From: Alphaproteobacteria bacterium
GTDB taxonomy: Bacteria > Pseudomonadota > Alphaproteobacteria > Caedimonadales > UBA9215
Assembly (NCBI GenBank): GCA_024280495.1
Contig: JAJRPZ010000098.1
Location: 1 to 32,324 of the forward strand
Direction: 5' to 3'
Length of the DNA: 32,324 bases
Shown here: positions 19,097-27,399 of the stretch, piece by piece
Layout of the letters: every line of letters begins with the position of its first letter
Numbering within the stretch: the stretch's first letter is position 1
Translations under genes and position numbers: made by a program
Notes under the pieces: generated by a model
The model's database searches: none
The model's input: the letters and a program-made list of their open reading frames with translations, nothing else
What the model was told of the DNA's origin: nothing

Positions 19097-19474
19097 TTAT
19101 TTTCTTAAATTGTTTACTATTTGTTGAACAGAAAGCCCTTTTCCAAGAATTAATTCAGCAAATTGATCAGCATTATCTCTATCATACAACCAAGCATTAT
19201 ATAAAAGGCCATCATCTCCAAATCGAATTTTTAAAACTCTTCCGCCAATATAATCAAAATCCCTATTTTGACTTAATAAAGACTTTGCTAATCCTTGATT
19301 CATTTCTTCATCATTTTTTCTTGAGAATATGGAGTAACCAGGTGAGCTTGCGTTGTTATAAAGTGCACAAAGCACCTCTGCTTCATCTAAATCAGAAATA
19401 TCAATGGGGGTGCTTGCTTGAGCTTCAACAAAAAACATCCCGAGTAAAATAAGTAAATAATAATATTTTTTCAT
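19097..19474 (-). CDS. Secreted hypothetical protein (IDISxLD...ALYN...FDY.GR.LK...YDRDN type)
   Basis: 125-aa ORF with signal peptide MKKYYYLLILLGMFFVEAQA and an AAGGA SD upstream; co-oriented between infB and def. Confidence 0.8.
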   Translation of the reverse strand: MKKYYYLLILLGMFFVEAQASTPIDISDLDEAEVLCALYNNASSPGYSIFSRKNDEEMNQGLAKSLLSQNRDFDYIGGRVLKIRFGDDGLLYNAWLYDRDNADQFAELILGKGLSVQQIVNNLRK

Positions 19475-19528
19475 TTTTTTTTATCCTTTAATTTTACTAA
19501 ACGTTATCCAACTTTTAAAATAATTTTT

Positions 19529-22084
19529 TTAATCAATGGTTCTTTTAATTTCAGAAACGTCAAAGCATTCTATGACATCACCGATTTTGATATCATTATA
19601 ATTTTCAAAAGCCATACCACATTCATAGGACTCTTTGGCTTCTTTCACTTCATCTTTAAAGCGTTTTAGAGTTTTCAAAGAACCTTCATGGATAACGACG
19701 TTATCACGGAGTAAGCGTACTTTAGAACCACGTTTGACAACGCCGCTTGTAACGTAACACCCAGCAACTTTACCAACTTTTGTAATATTAAAGACTTCAC
19801 GAATTTCCGCATAGCCCAAAAAGTTTTCACGGCGTTCAGGTGTCAATAGACCAGAAACAATTGTCTTAATATCATCGATCACATCATAAATAATAGAGTA
19901 ATAACGGATTTCAATATTTTCTTTGCTGGCTAAGAGGCGAGCTTGGGGGTTGGAACGCACGTTAAATCCAACAATAAAGGCGTTGGTTGTTTGTGCCAGA
20001 GTAATGTCACTTTCATTAATGGCGCCAACTCCCGTGTGTAACACGCGGATTTGAACTTCATCACTTGGAATTTTTTCAAGACTTCCAACGATGGCTTCAA
20101 CGGATCCTTGCACATCGGATTTAATGATAATAGAAAGAGTTTTAACATCAGTATCCGAAGCCCCCTTCATCAAAAGATCCATAGAATTTTTGCGCATTTG
20201 AAGGGCCTTGCGATCCTTTGTTTTTTGCGCACGATAATCTGCAATATCACGAGCCTTAGCCTCTTCTGTCACAACAACAAAAGAATCACCTGGTAAGGGT
20301 GCGCCAGAAAAACCAAGAACTTCAACGGGAACAGACGGTCCAGCGAATTTTATCTTTTTCCCCTTATCATCAATGAGGGCACGTACCTTACCCCACTGGG
20401 AACCAGACACAAAAATATCACCAACTTTAAGGGTACCCCGTTGAATAAGAACAGTGGAAACCGCACCGCGACCTTTTTCCACACGAGACTCCACAACGGA
20501 TCCAATGGCATCGCGATCTGGGTTAGCTGCCAGCTCTAGAATTTCAGCTTGTAAGAGAATTGCTTCTTCAAGTTTATCGATATTAAGACCTTGTTTAGCA
20601 GAAACTTCAACGGCTTGGATATCACCGCCCATTTCTTCGGTCACAAGTTCATGGGATAATAATTCCGTGCGCACACGATTGGCATCGGCGCCAGGTTTAT
20701 CAATTTTGTTGATGGCAACAATAATAGGCACATTAGCAGCCTTAGCATGGTTAAGTGCCTCTACGGTTTGCTCTTTGATACCATCATCGGCAGCAACAAC
20801 CAAAATCACAACGTCGGTAACGTCTGCCCCCCGAGAACGCATTTCAGAAAAGGCTGCGTGACCAGGTGTGTCAATAAACGTAATGCTTTTCCCACCAGCA
20901 AGCTTCACTTGATATGCACCAATATGCTGGGTAATACCACCAGATTCGCCAGCCACAACATCGGTTTTGCGAATTGCGTCCAGTAGAGACGTTTTACCAT
21001 GGTCAACGTGCCCCATCACAGTCACAACAGGTGAACGTGGTTTTTTAAGGTTTGCGGCATCATCCGCTGGAATTAAGCCATCCTCAATATCTGAATCGGA
21101 AACACGAATAATATTTTGCCCATATTCAGAAATAACAAGTTCTGCCGTATCAGCGTCAATATTCTGATTCACTGTGGCCATCACACCTAGGCCCATCAAT
21201 TTTTTAATGAGCTCTCCAGCACGGATAGCCATCCTATTGGAAAGTTCTTGTACGGTAATCATTTCAGGCACAATAACATCACGAACCTTGGCCACTGCAT
21301 CAGCAGGAGCCATTTTTTTGCCCAATTTTTTATTAAGAGCACGGCGTCTTGCAGCATCACTTCGTTGTCGTCCAAGACCATCGCCAGCCATGGCATCAGC
21401 CACTGAGTAAACAACGGATTTATGCTTATTTTTTTTACCCAGTGAAAGAGTTTTTCGATCCTTTTTAGAATCCCCCCCCTCATCGTCACCGTATTTTTTC
21501 GTTTTAATACGACCACCAGCCATAAAGCTTGTGGGAGCATCTGATTTGGGTTTATCTGATTTTCCGTTTCCTCGTTCTGCTTGTTGAGCAACGGCTTCTT
21601 TTTCTGCAATATCCTGACGCGCTTTTTCCGCCGCCATTGCTTTTTCTTTTACTGCAGCAAGACGATCTATCTCTGCTTTTTTTTCAGCTTCAAGGCGGTT
21701 ACGCTCGTCAACTTCTGCTTTTTCAATGGCCGCAGCTTCAACTTTTTTTTGATTGAGAGAGTCATAACGTTTGGCGTCGACGGCTTCTAAAACTTTTTGA
21801 GTTTCAAGCTTTTTCTTATCACCAGCCGCGGCCATCTCTAGAAGCTTTTTACGTTTTTCAAGTTCAGCATTACTGAGAGTTACTGGTTTTTTTTGCGCTC
21901 TATCTGTAATGATGCGTTTTTTCTTAACTTCAAAAGTCACCGCTTTACTACGTCCATGAGAGAAACTCTGACGGATTTTTCCAGCATCTACAGTTTTTGT
22001 CAGCTCTAATTTCTTAGTTGACAATGTTCCTGAAGATAAGCTTAGTTTTTTCTTATCGCCTGTTTCGTTTGATTTATCCGACAT
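19529..22084 (-). CDS. infB: Translation initiation factor IF-2
   Basis: [36 protein letters not shown]-terminal [20 protein letters not shown] typical of Alphaproteobacteria. Confidence 0.99.
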   Translation of the reverse strand: MSDKSNETGDKKKLSLSSGTLSTKKLELTKTVDAGKIRQSFSHGRSKAVTFEVKKKRIITDRAQKKPVTLSNAELEKRKKLLEMAAAGDKKKLETQKVLEAVDAKRYDSLNQKKVEAAAIEKAEVDERNRLEAEKKAEIDRLAAVKEKAMAAEKARQDIAEKEAVAQQAERGNGKSDKPKSDAPTSFMAGGRIKTKKYGDDEGGDSKKDRKTLSLGKKNKHKSVVYSVADAMAGDGLGRQRSDAARRRALNKKLGKKMAPADAVAKVRDVIVPEMITVQELSNRMAIRAGELIKKLMGLGVMATVNQNIDADTAELVISEYGQNIIRVSDSDIEDGLIPADDAANLKKPRSPVVTVMGHVDHGKTSLLDAIRKTDVVAGESGGITQHIGAYQVKLAGGKSITFIDTPGHAAFSEMRSRGADVTDVVILVVAADDGIKEQTVEALNHAKAANVPIIVAINKIDKPGADANRVRTELLSHELVTEEMGGDIQAVEVSAKQGLNIDKLEEAILLQAEILELAANPDRDAIGSVVESRVEKGRGAVSTVLIQRGTLKVGDIFVSGSQWGKVRALIDDKGKKIKFAGPSVPVEVLGFSGAPLPGDSFVVVTEEAKARDIADYRAQKTKDRKALQMRKNSMDLLMKGASDTDVKTLSIIIKSDVQGSVEAIVGSLEKIPSDEVQIRVLHTGVGAINESDITLAQTTNAFIVGFNVRSNPQARLLASKENIEIRYYSIIYDVIDDIKTIVSGLLTPERRENFLGYAEIREVFNITKVGKVAGCYVTSGVVKRGSKVRLLRDNVVIHEGSLKTLKRFKDEVKEAKESYECGMAFENYNDIKIGDVIECFDVSEIKRTID

Positions 22085-22198
22085 ATTTCTCTCTTTAACG
22101 CTCTTAAATTTACATGAAAATCACCCGTTTAAGGGGTGAATCATTCCTTATACATACAACACCGATGTTTCGAATGCAATAAACCTTCGCAAACACTG

Positions 22199-23764
22199 TT
22201 ATGCCTTCGAGTTTTCAGAGGACTCTTCGAGAACCTCTTTGGCTGCAGCTTCTTCGGCTTCTTTTTTTGCATCTTCTTCGGCAAACCAGTGCTCGCGGGC
22301 CTTCATAATCATCTCATTACCTTGACGAACGGAAACATTATCCAAATAATCAACCAGTTCATCTCCTGCAAGGTCTGCAAAATCATCAAGGGTCTTAATG
22401 CCCTTGGCACCAAGTTCTAGAATTTGTTCTTTCGTCAACGCATCAAAGGTTGCGAGATCAGCCGTCACGCCAACGGCATCCAATTTTTCTTGGAAAGCTG
22501 TTTGCTGTGCTTCAAGATAAACCTTGGCACGACTTTGCAATTCCGTTGCTAATTCTTCTTCGAAACCTTCGATATTGGCCAAATCTTCCACTGGAACAAA
22601 GGCAATTTCTTCCATGGATTTAAAACCCTCACTGATCAATAAATGCGCAATAACATCATCGACGTCCATGGCTTCAATAAATATCGAAGAGACACGTTTC
22701 AATTCTGCCTGTTGACGTTCTGATTCTTGTGATTCGGAACTGACGTCCAATTTCCACCCCGTTAAAATACTTGCTAAACGTACGTTTTGACCTCGACGGC
22801 CAATGGCAAGGCTTAATTGATCATCGGGAACGATCACGTCAACCTTACCAGCCTCTTCATCCAAAACAACTTTGGAAACTTCTGCTGGCACCATGGCGTT
22901 TACGATAAATACAGCCGGATTTTCTGACCATGGGATAATATCAACTTTTTCACCTTGAAGTTCAGTCACGATATTTTGGACACGGCTTCCACGCAGACCA
23001 ACACAAGCGCCAACGGGATCGATACTTTTATCACTGACATAAACAGAAAATTTTGCACGACTCCCTGGATCACGAGCAACGGCTTTGACCTCAATTTGTC
23101 CATCATAAATTTCAGGCACCTCTTGAGAAAAAAGTTTTGCCAAAAATTGTGGATGGGTTCTGGATAGAAAAATTTGTGAACCGCGAGGTTCAAGGCGTAC
23201 ATCCTCAACATAAGCACGGATACGATCACCAACCCGAACGGCTTCACGTTGAATCATTTGATCACGCAAAATAATAGCTTCGGCTTGTCCGAGTTCAACC
23301 ATAACATTGCCAAATTCAATACGCTTAACAACGCCACTAATAATATCCCCAACACGATCTTTGTATTCTTCAAATTGCTTAGAACGTTCTGCTTCACGCA
23401 CCTGTTGAAAAATAACTTGTTTTGCTGTTTGAGCCGCCACACGACCAAAATCAAAGGGAGGAAGGTCATCCACAATAAAGTCACCCATTTTAACATCAGG
23501 CTTAATGCGTTGTGCATCAACAAGTGTTAGTTCGGCGCTTTCATTTTCAACTTCTGAAACAACTTCACGGTAAGCATGCATAACAATTTCGCCAGTTTGA
23601 CGATTAATTTGCGTCCGCACATCTCGATCATGACCGTATTTTGCGCGACTAGCCTTTTGAATAGCTACTTCCATGGCTGAAATAATAATTTCACGGTCAA
23701 TACCTTTTTCACGCGCAACGGCGTCTGCCACACCAAGAATTTCTGTTTTCATAGAAGCTACCAT
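22199..23764 (-). CDS. nusA: Transcription termination/antitermination factor NusA
   Basis: FGRVAAQTAKQVI, S1 domain, ARDPGSRAK, DPVGACVGLRGSRV, LSLAIGRRGQNVRLA, acidic C-terminal repeats. Confidence 0.99.
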   Translation of the reverse strand: MVASMKTEILGVADAVAREKGIDREIIISAMEVAIQKASRAKYGHDRDVRTQINRQTGEIVMHAYREVVSEVENESAELTLVDAQRIKPDVKMGDFIVDDLPPFDFGRVAAQTAKQVIFQQVREAERSKQFEEYKDRVGDIISGVVKRIEFGNVMVELGQAEAIILRDQMIQREAVRVGDRIRAYVEDVRLEPRGSQIFLSRTHPQFLAKLFSQEVPEIYDGQIEVKAVARDPGSRAKFSVYVSDKSIDPVGACVGLRGSRVQNIVTELQGEKVDIIPWSENPAVFIVNAMVPAEVSKVVLDEEAGKVDVIVPDDQLSLAIGRRGQNVRLASILTGWKLDVSSESQESERQQAELKRVSSIFIEAMDVDDVIAHLLISEGFKSMEEIAFVPVEDLANIEGFEEELATELQSRAKVYLEAQQTAFQEKLDAVGVTADLATFDALTKEQILELGAKGIKTLDDFADLAGDELVDYLDNVSVRQGNEMIMKAREHWFAEEDAKKEAEEAAAKEVLEESSENSKA

Positions 23765-23805
23765 TATTACTCTCCGTTTTTATATCAGTCGTTGTTTCTT
23801 CAAAT

Positions 23806-24285
23806 TTAAATTTGTGGATCTAATTTAGCCCGTTGTATTTGGTCGTATGAAATTTTAATAATTTTATTTCCCTCAGGCGTCATATCGTTTTCACCTAACT
23901 CAACGACGATATGATCATCGGTCGCTTCAACTAAAGTCCCAGCAAATCTCTTGCGTTCATCCACAAATTCATGGGTTTTAACCTTAACGGCCTTGCCAAC
24001 AAATCGTTTGTAATCCTTTGTTTTAACCAAGGGACGATCAATACCAGGAGAAGATACATCCAGAACATAAGCTGATTTAATGGGATCTTCCACATCCATG
24101 ATGGCCGCAATTTCACGATTTGCTTTCACGCAATCGCTAATGGTAACGGGGTCGCCATTTACCAATTCAATGGAAATATCAAGTTTTGTCCGTCCAGATC
24201 CCATAACTAAAATTTCAACGATGGTATACCCAAGGTCATTTAGGGCTGGCTCTACCATTTGCTCAATACGTGCGGCTAAATCCAT
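23806..24285 (-). CDS. rimP: Ribosome maturation factor RimP
   Basis: DVEDPIKSAYVLDVSSPGIDRPL; upstream of nusA. Confidence 0.97.
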   Translation of the reverse strand: MDLAARIEQMVEPALNDLGYTIVEILVMGSGRTKLDISIELVNGDPVTISDCVKANREIAAIMDVEDPIKSAYVLDVSSPGIDRPLVKTKDYKRFVGKAVKVKTHEFVDERKRFAGTLVEATDDHIVVELGENDMTPEGNKIIKISYDQIQRAKLDPQI

Positions 24286-24332
24286 ACTTTTTTACTCATT
24301 TATTGGTCAACTATTGGTCAAAAATTACCTAC

Positions 24333-24360
24333 AAAAAAAGGTGGGTCCAAGGACCCACCT
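24333..24360 (-). terminator. rimP leader intrinsic terminator / attenuator
   Basis: Minus strand AGGTGGGTCC-TT-GGACCCACCT followed by a T-run, ~50 nt upstream of the rimP ATG; matches the known GGG/CCC rimP-leader terminator. Confidence 0.85.
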
Positions 24361-24397
24361 GCATAAACTTATTTAATATCTTTGCAGATTTATTTGA

Positions 24398-24425
24398 ATT
24401 ATATATATTTTAAAGGGGAAATCAA
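24398..24425 (-). promoter_or_regulatory. Candidate sigma70 promoter of the rimP-nusA-infB operon
   Basis: TTGATT (24425-24420), N16, TATAAT (24403-24398), just upstream of the leader terminator. Confidence 0.55.
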
Positions 24426-24473
24426 TGGTAAATTAAAAGAACAGTCTTAATTTAAAATGGGATCAATGGTTTT

Positions 24474-24860
24474 ATGGGCCTTTACACAAATCTTATACAA
24501 ACAAAAATTTTTTCTTCTTACGCAGGTCAATGTGTTGGTGAAGATGACCTTGGCAATAAATATTACCAAGAAAAAATGCTCTTTGGTCGCCCTCAACGCA
24601 TTCTAAGGAGATGGGTTATTTATAAATCTGGCCAGGTTGACGGATCCAATGTGCCTGCAAAATGGTTTTCTTGGCTTCACTATACATCGGAACGTCCTTT
24701 GGCTGGTACACCTCATAAATGGGAAAAAACCCACCTCCATAACAAAACTGGTAGCCATAAAGCCCATCATAATCCTGCTACATTATCAAATGAACAAAAA
24801 AAACCAAAAACTGCTCACCAAACGTGGTCTCCTAAGAAAAACCCAAAAACAACCCCTTAA
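24474..24860 (+). CDS. NADH:ubiquinone oxidoreductase subunit NDUFA12 family protein
   Basis: VGEDDLGNKYY, RRWVIY, DGSNVPAKWFSWLHY, WEKTH.N.TGS; conserved position before mlaD. Confidence 0.9.
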   Translation: MGLYTNLIQTKIFSSYAGQCVGEDDLGNKYYQEKMLFGRPQRILRRWVIYKSGQVDGSNVPAKWFSWLHYTSERPLAGTPHKWEKTHLHNKTGSHKAHHNPATLSNEQKKPKTAHQTWSPKKNPKTTP

Positions 24861-24877
24861 TAAAGGCCCTTTGACAG

Positions 24878-25330
24878 ATGAAAAATAAAACATTCGAAAT
24901 TCTCATTGGCGCCGTTGTGCTTGGTATTGCTTTTTTCTTTTTCGTATACTCCTACAAAAACAGTGGTTCTGAACATAGTGCTCGCGTTTCCTATAATGCT
25001 TCTTTTGATCGAGTTGATGGCATTGTTGTAGGATCTGATGTTCGTATGTCAGGTGTTAAAATCGGCATTATTAAAAAATTAACTGTGAATATTGATACTT
25101 ATATGGCCGAAGTTTCCTTTGCCATTAATCAAGATATCAAACTTCCCTCTGATTCTTCAGCGGAAATTGTCAGCGATGGCTTGTTAGGTGGAAAATATTT
25201 AGCCCTCGTGCCTGGTGGCGGTGAAGTCTTCATTAAAGCAGGTGATTCTATTTTACACACTCAATCCTCCGTGAATTTAGAAGCCATGATTGGTCAACTT
25301 ATGTTTAGTAAAAAAAGCGACAAAAAGTAA
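24878..25330 (+). CDS. mlaD: Outer membrane lipid asymmetry maintenance protein MlaD (MCE domain)
   Basis: N-terminal TM helix, FDRVDGIVVGSDVRMSGVKIG, DSSAEIVSDGLLGGKYLALVPGG, TQSSVNLE. Confidence 0.93.
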   Translation: MKNKTFEILIGAVVLGIAFFFFVYSYKNSGSEHSARVSYNASFDRVDGIVVGSDVRMSGVKIGIIKKLTVNIDTYMAEVSFAINQDIKLPSDSSAEIVSDGLLGGKYLALVPGGGEVFIKAGDSILHTQSSVNLEAMIGQLMFSKKSDKK

Positions 25331-25331
25331 C

Positions 25332-25928
25332 ATGATGAAAAATTTCACGATCACCTTTTTTTTATTTTCACTTCTTGGATTATCTGCTTTCGCTGCACAG
25401 GATAATGACGCTGAAACAGGTGTTTTTTTAGTTACTGTCACCATTGGTGCCCTTGATAAAGTAACTGCCAGAACCTCTGAGATCACTTTTAAAATTGGGG
25501 AACCCGTTAAGGTGGGGTCTTTGGTGGTTATGGCTTTACGTGCTTGGAAAGCCAATATTGAAGAACAACCAGAAGCCAAAGTTTTTCTTAAAATTACTGA
25601 ATATAAAACCTCTGCTTATAAATTGGATATCAATGAAGAAAAAGCTAAGGATACTAAAAAACATCCCCCCGTCGTTATTTTTCAAGGCTGGATGTTTGCA
25701 TCCATACCTTCAGTAAACTCTCTAGTACATCCCATTTATGATATTTGGATTAAGACTGTTTCTGGTGAAAAAAACAAAGGCGCCCTTAAAGAAAATCCTC
25801 CTTTGGATCAAGAAACCAGTGAGCGCATTGACGATCTCATTGATCAACTCCTTGAAACAGATGATAATTATAGTTCTTTCAAAAACATCCCAGACGTCGT
25901 CAATCGCTCCCACGCCTATAAGCTATAG
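25332..25928 (+). CDS. DUF2155 family secreted protein with a repeat-derived C-terminus
   Basis: ALDKVTART, VFLKITE, IFQGWMFASIPSVNSLVHPIYDIW. The signal peptide begins at ATG 25332 (preferred over TTG 25290). The last 19 aa lie inside palindromic element A. Confidence 0.88.
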   Translation: MMKNFTITFFLFSLLGLSAFAAQDNDAETGVFLVTVTIGALDKVTARTSEITFKIGEPVKVGSLVVMALRAWKANIEEQPEAKVFLKITEYKTSAYKLDINEEKAKDTKKHPPVVIFQGWMFASIPSVNSLVHPIYDIWIKTVSGEKNKGALKENPPLDQETSERIDDLIDQLLETDDNYSSFKNIPDVVNRSHAYKL

Positions 25929-25973
25929 ACCTTGATCCCTCGCTCCGACTAGAACCTTTTTGGAATGACTATA
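25869..25973 (+). repeat. Palindromic element family A, copy 3 (overlaps the DUF2155 3' end)
   Basis: TATAGTTCTTTCAAAAACATCCCAGACGTCGTCAATCGCTCCCACGCCTATAAGCTATAGACCTTGATCCCTCGCTCCGACTAGAACCTTTTTGGAATGACTATA; 105 bp, colinear with 18411-18515. Confidence 0.92.
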
Positions 25974-26036
25974 TCAGTCATAACTCTTCTGCATTTTTAT
26001 AGTCAGTAATTAAAAAAAAATGGAATTGCGAGGACC

Positions 26037-27374
26037 TTATCTTTCTGTTAAGGCTCTATTTTTAGCCTTGAGAATAGGTTTTATGAGGTAATCCAAAACG
26101 GTTTTTTTACCCGTCAAAATATCCACAGAAGCAACCATACCAGGCATAATAGGAAGAGGTTTTTTGGTTTTAGAAAGAATGTTTCCATGTGTTTTAAGGT
26201 AGGCTTTATAGAACACATTTCCCTTTTCATCAGTGATAGAATCCGCACTGACGCGAAGGAGCTCTCCCTTAAGGTCTCCATAAACTGAGTAATCATAGGC
26301 TGTTATTTTTATGGATGCAGTGAGGCCAGGGCGCAAAAAGGCAATATCTCGTGGATTGATTTTAGCCTCAATAAGCAATTTATTTTCCAGGGGAACTATC
26401 TCTAAAAGGTCTTCACCTGGTTGTATTACGCCTCCAACGGTAGAAATCAAAAGTTGTTTTACGATACCATGTACAGGAGACCTAATATCTGTTCTTGAAA
26501 AACGATCTCCCTCAGAGGTAAAAGCCCCTTTGGCAGAAGCCAATTTATTGGTTACGTCTTTGAGCTCATTCCAATCTTCTGCTTTAAATTTAATGGAAAC
26601 TTGTTTTGCTTGTTGCTCAGCTTGGAGGACAGCTGATTTCGCACGTGCAATATTAGATTTCAGACTAGCTCCTTCGGAGCGCAATTCACTTTCTCGAATT
26701 TTAAGGTCTGTTAAAGTCATCTCAGGTTCTAGATTTTGCTTTACAAGGGGCGTTATTTTTTCAACCTTATCTTTGAATAATTTTTGTTGAGTGTTAATTT
26801 CATCAACCCTAGAAAGAAGTTCGTTTAATTCTTGGCGCTTTTGTTCCGTCTTTTGATTGGCAATTTGTTGTTCATTTTTTAAGTTTTCCATGTGGGCACT
26901 ATAATTACGTTTGGCATCTTCACCCTCGAGGGGAGCCTTTTCAAGAACGACCTTTGGAACAACAAAGTCTTTATCTGAAATCTGCGCCCGCAAGCGAGCA
27001 TCGTTTGCAAGAGAACGGTAATAAAGAGTTTGACCTTCGCTGAACCTGGCTTGTGCTATGGTGTTATCAATTTTAAGAAGTAAGTCTCCTTTTTCAACGA
27101 TATCGCCCTCACGGACATAAATTTCTTGAATAATACCACCTTCCAAGTGATCAATAACTTGCAGTTTGCTCGACGGAATAATTTTTCCCTCTCCCCGTGT
27201 GATTTCATCAATTTCTGAATAGGCGGCCCAAATAAATAGAACAATAACCGTCGTCATAACGGTATATAGAATAGCAGGTGCGAATTTATCTTGTTTAGTG
27301 GCTTCCGCAGCTAAAATTTCAGGCATGTAATCAATATCTGCACCACCATTGTTTTTAAACTGAATGTTTGACAT
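26037..27374 (-). CDS. HlyD-family type I secretion membrane fusion protein (LapC-like)
   Basis: EIDEITRGEGKIIPSSKLQVIDHLEGG, IRSPVHGIV, GGVIQPGEDLLEIVP, PGMVASVDILTGKKTVLDYLIKP. Confidence 0.96.
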   Translation of the reverse strand: MSNIQFKNNGGADIDYMPEILAAEATKQDKFAPAILYTVMTTVIVLFIWAAYSEIDEITRGEGKIIPSSKLQVIDHLEGGIIQEIYVREGDIVEKGDLLLKIDNTIAQARFSEGQTLYYRSLANDARLRAQISDKDFVVPKVVLEKAPLEGEDAKRNYSAHMENLKNEQQIANQKTEQKRQELNELLSRVDEINTQQKLFKDKVEKITPLVKQNLEPEMTLTDLKIRESELRSEGASLKSNIARAKSAVLQAEQQAKQVSIKFKAEDWNELKDVTNKLASAKGAFTSEGDRFSRTDIRSPVHGIVKQLLISTVGGVIQPGEDLLEIVPLENKLLIEAKINPRDIAFLRPGLTASIKITAYDYSVYGDLKGELLRVSADSITDEKGNVFYKAYLKTHGNILSKTKKPLPIMPGMVASVDILTGKKTVLDYLIKPILKAKNRALTER

Positions 27375-27399
27375 GTTTTATATCCCTTTTCAGAAAATA

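Noticed and set aside
25290..25331. TTG start at 25290 for DUF2155
   Set aside because: It overlaps mlaD by 41 bp; the ATG at 25332 follows the mlaD stop and begins a proper signal peptide.
14325..25973. CRISPR array interpretation of the recurring palindromic sequence
   Set aside because: The copies are ~105 bp, kilobases apart and in different orientations, with no repeat-spacer periodicity and no cas genes.
25998..26005. TATAGTCA as the start of another family A copy
   Set aside because: Only 8 bp match and the following sequence does not align; the same applies to TATAGTCA at 16401.
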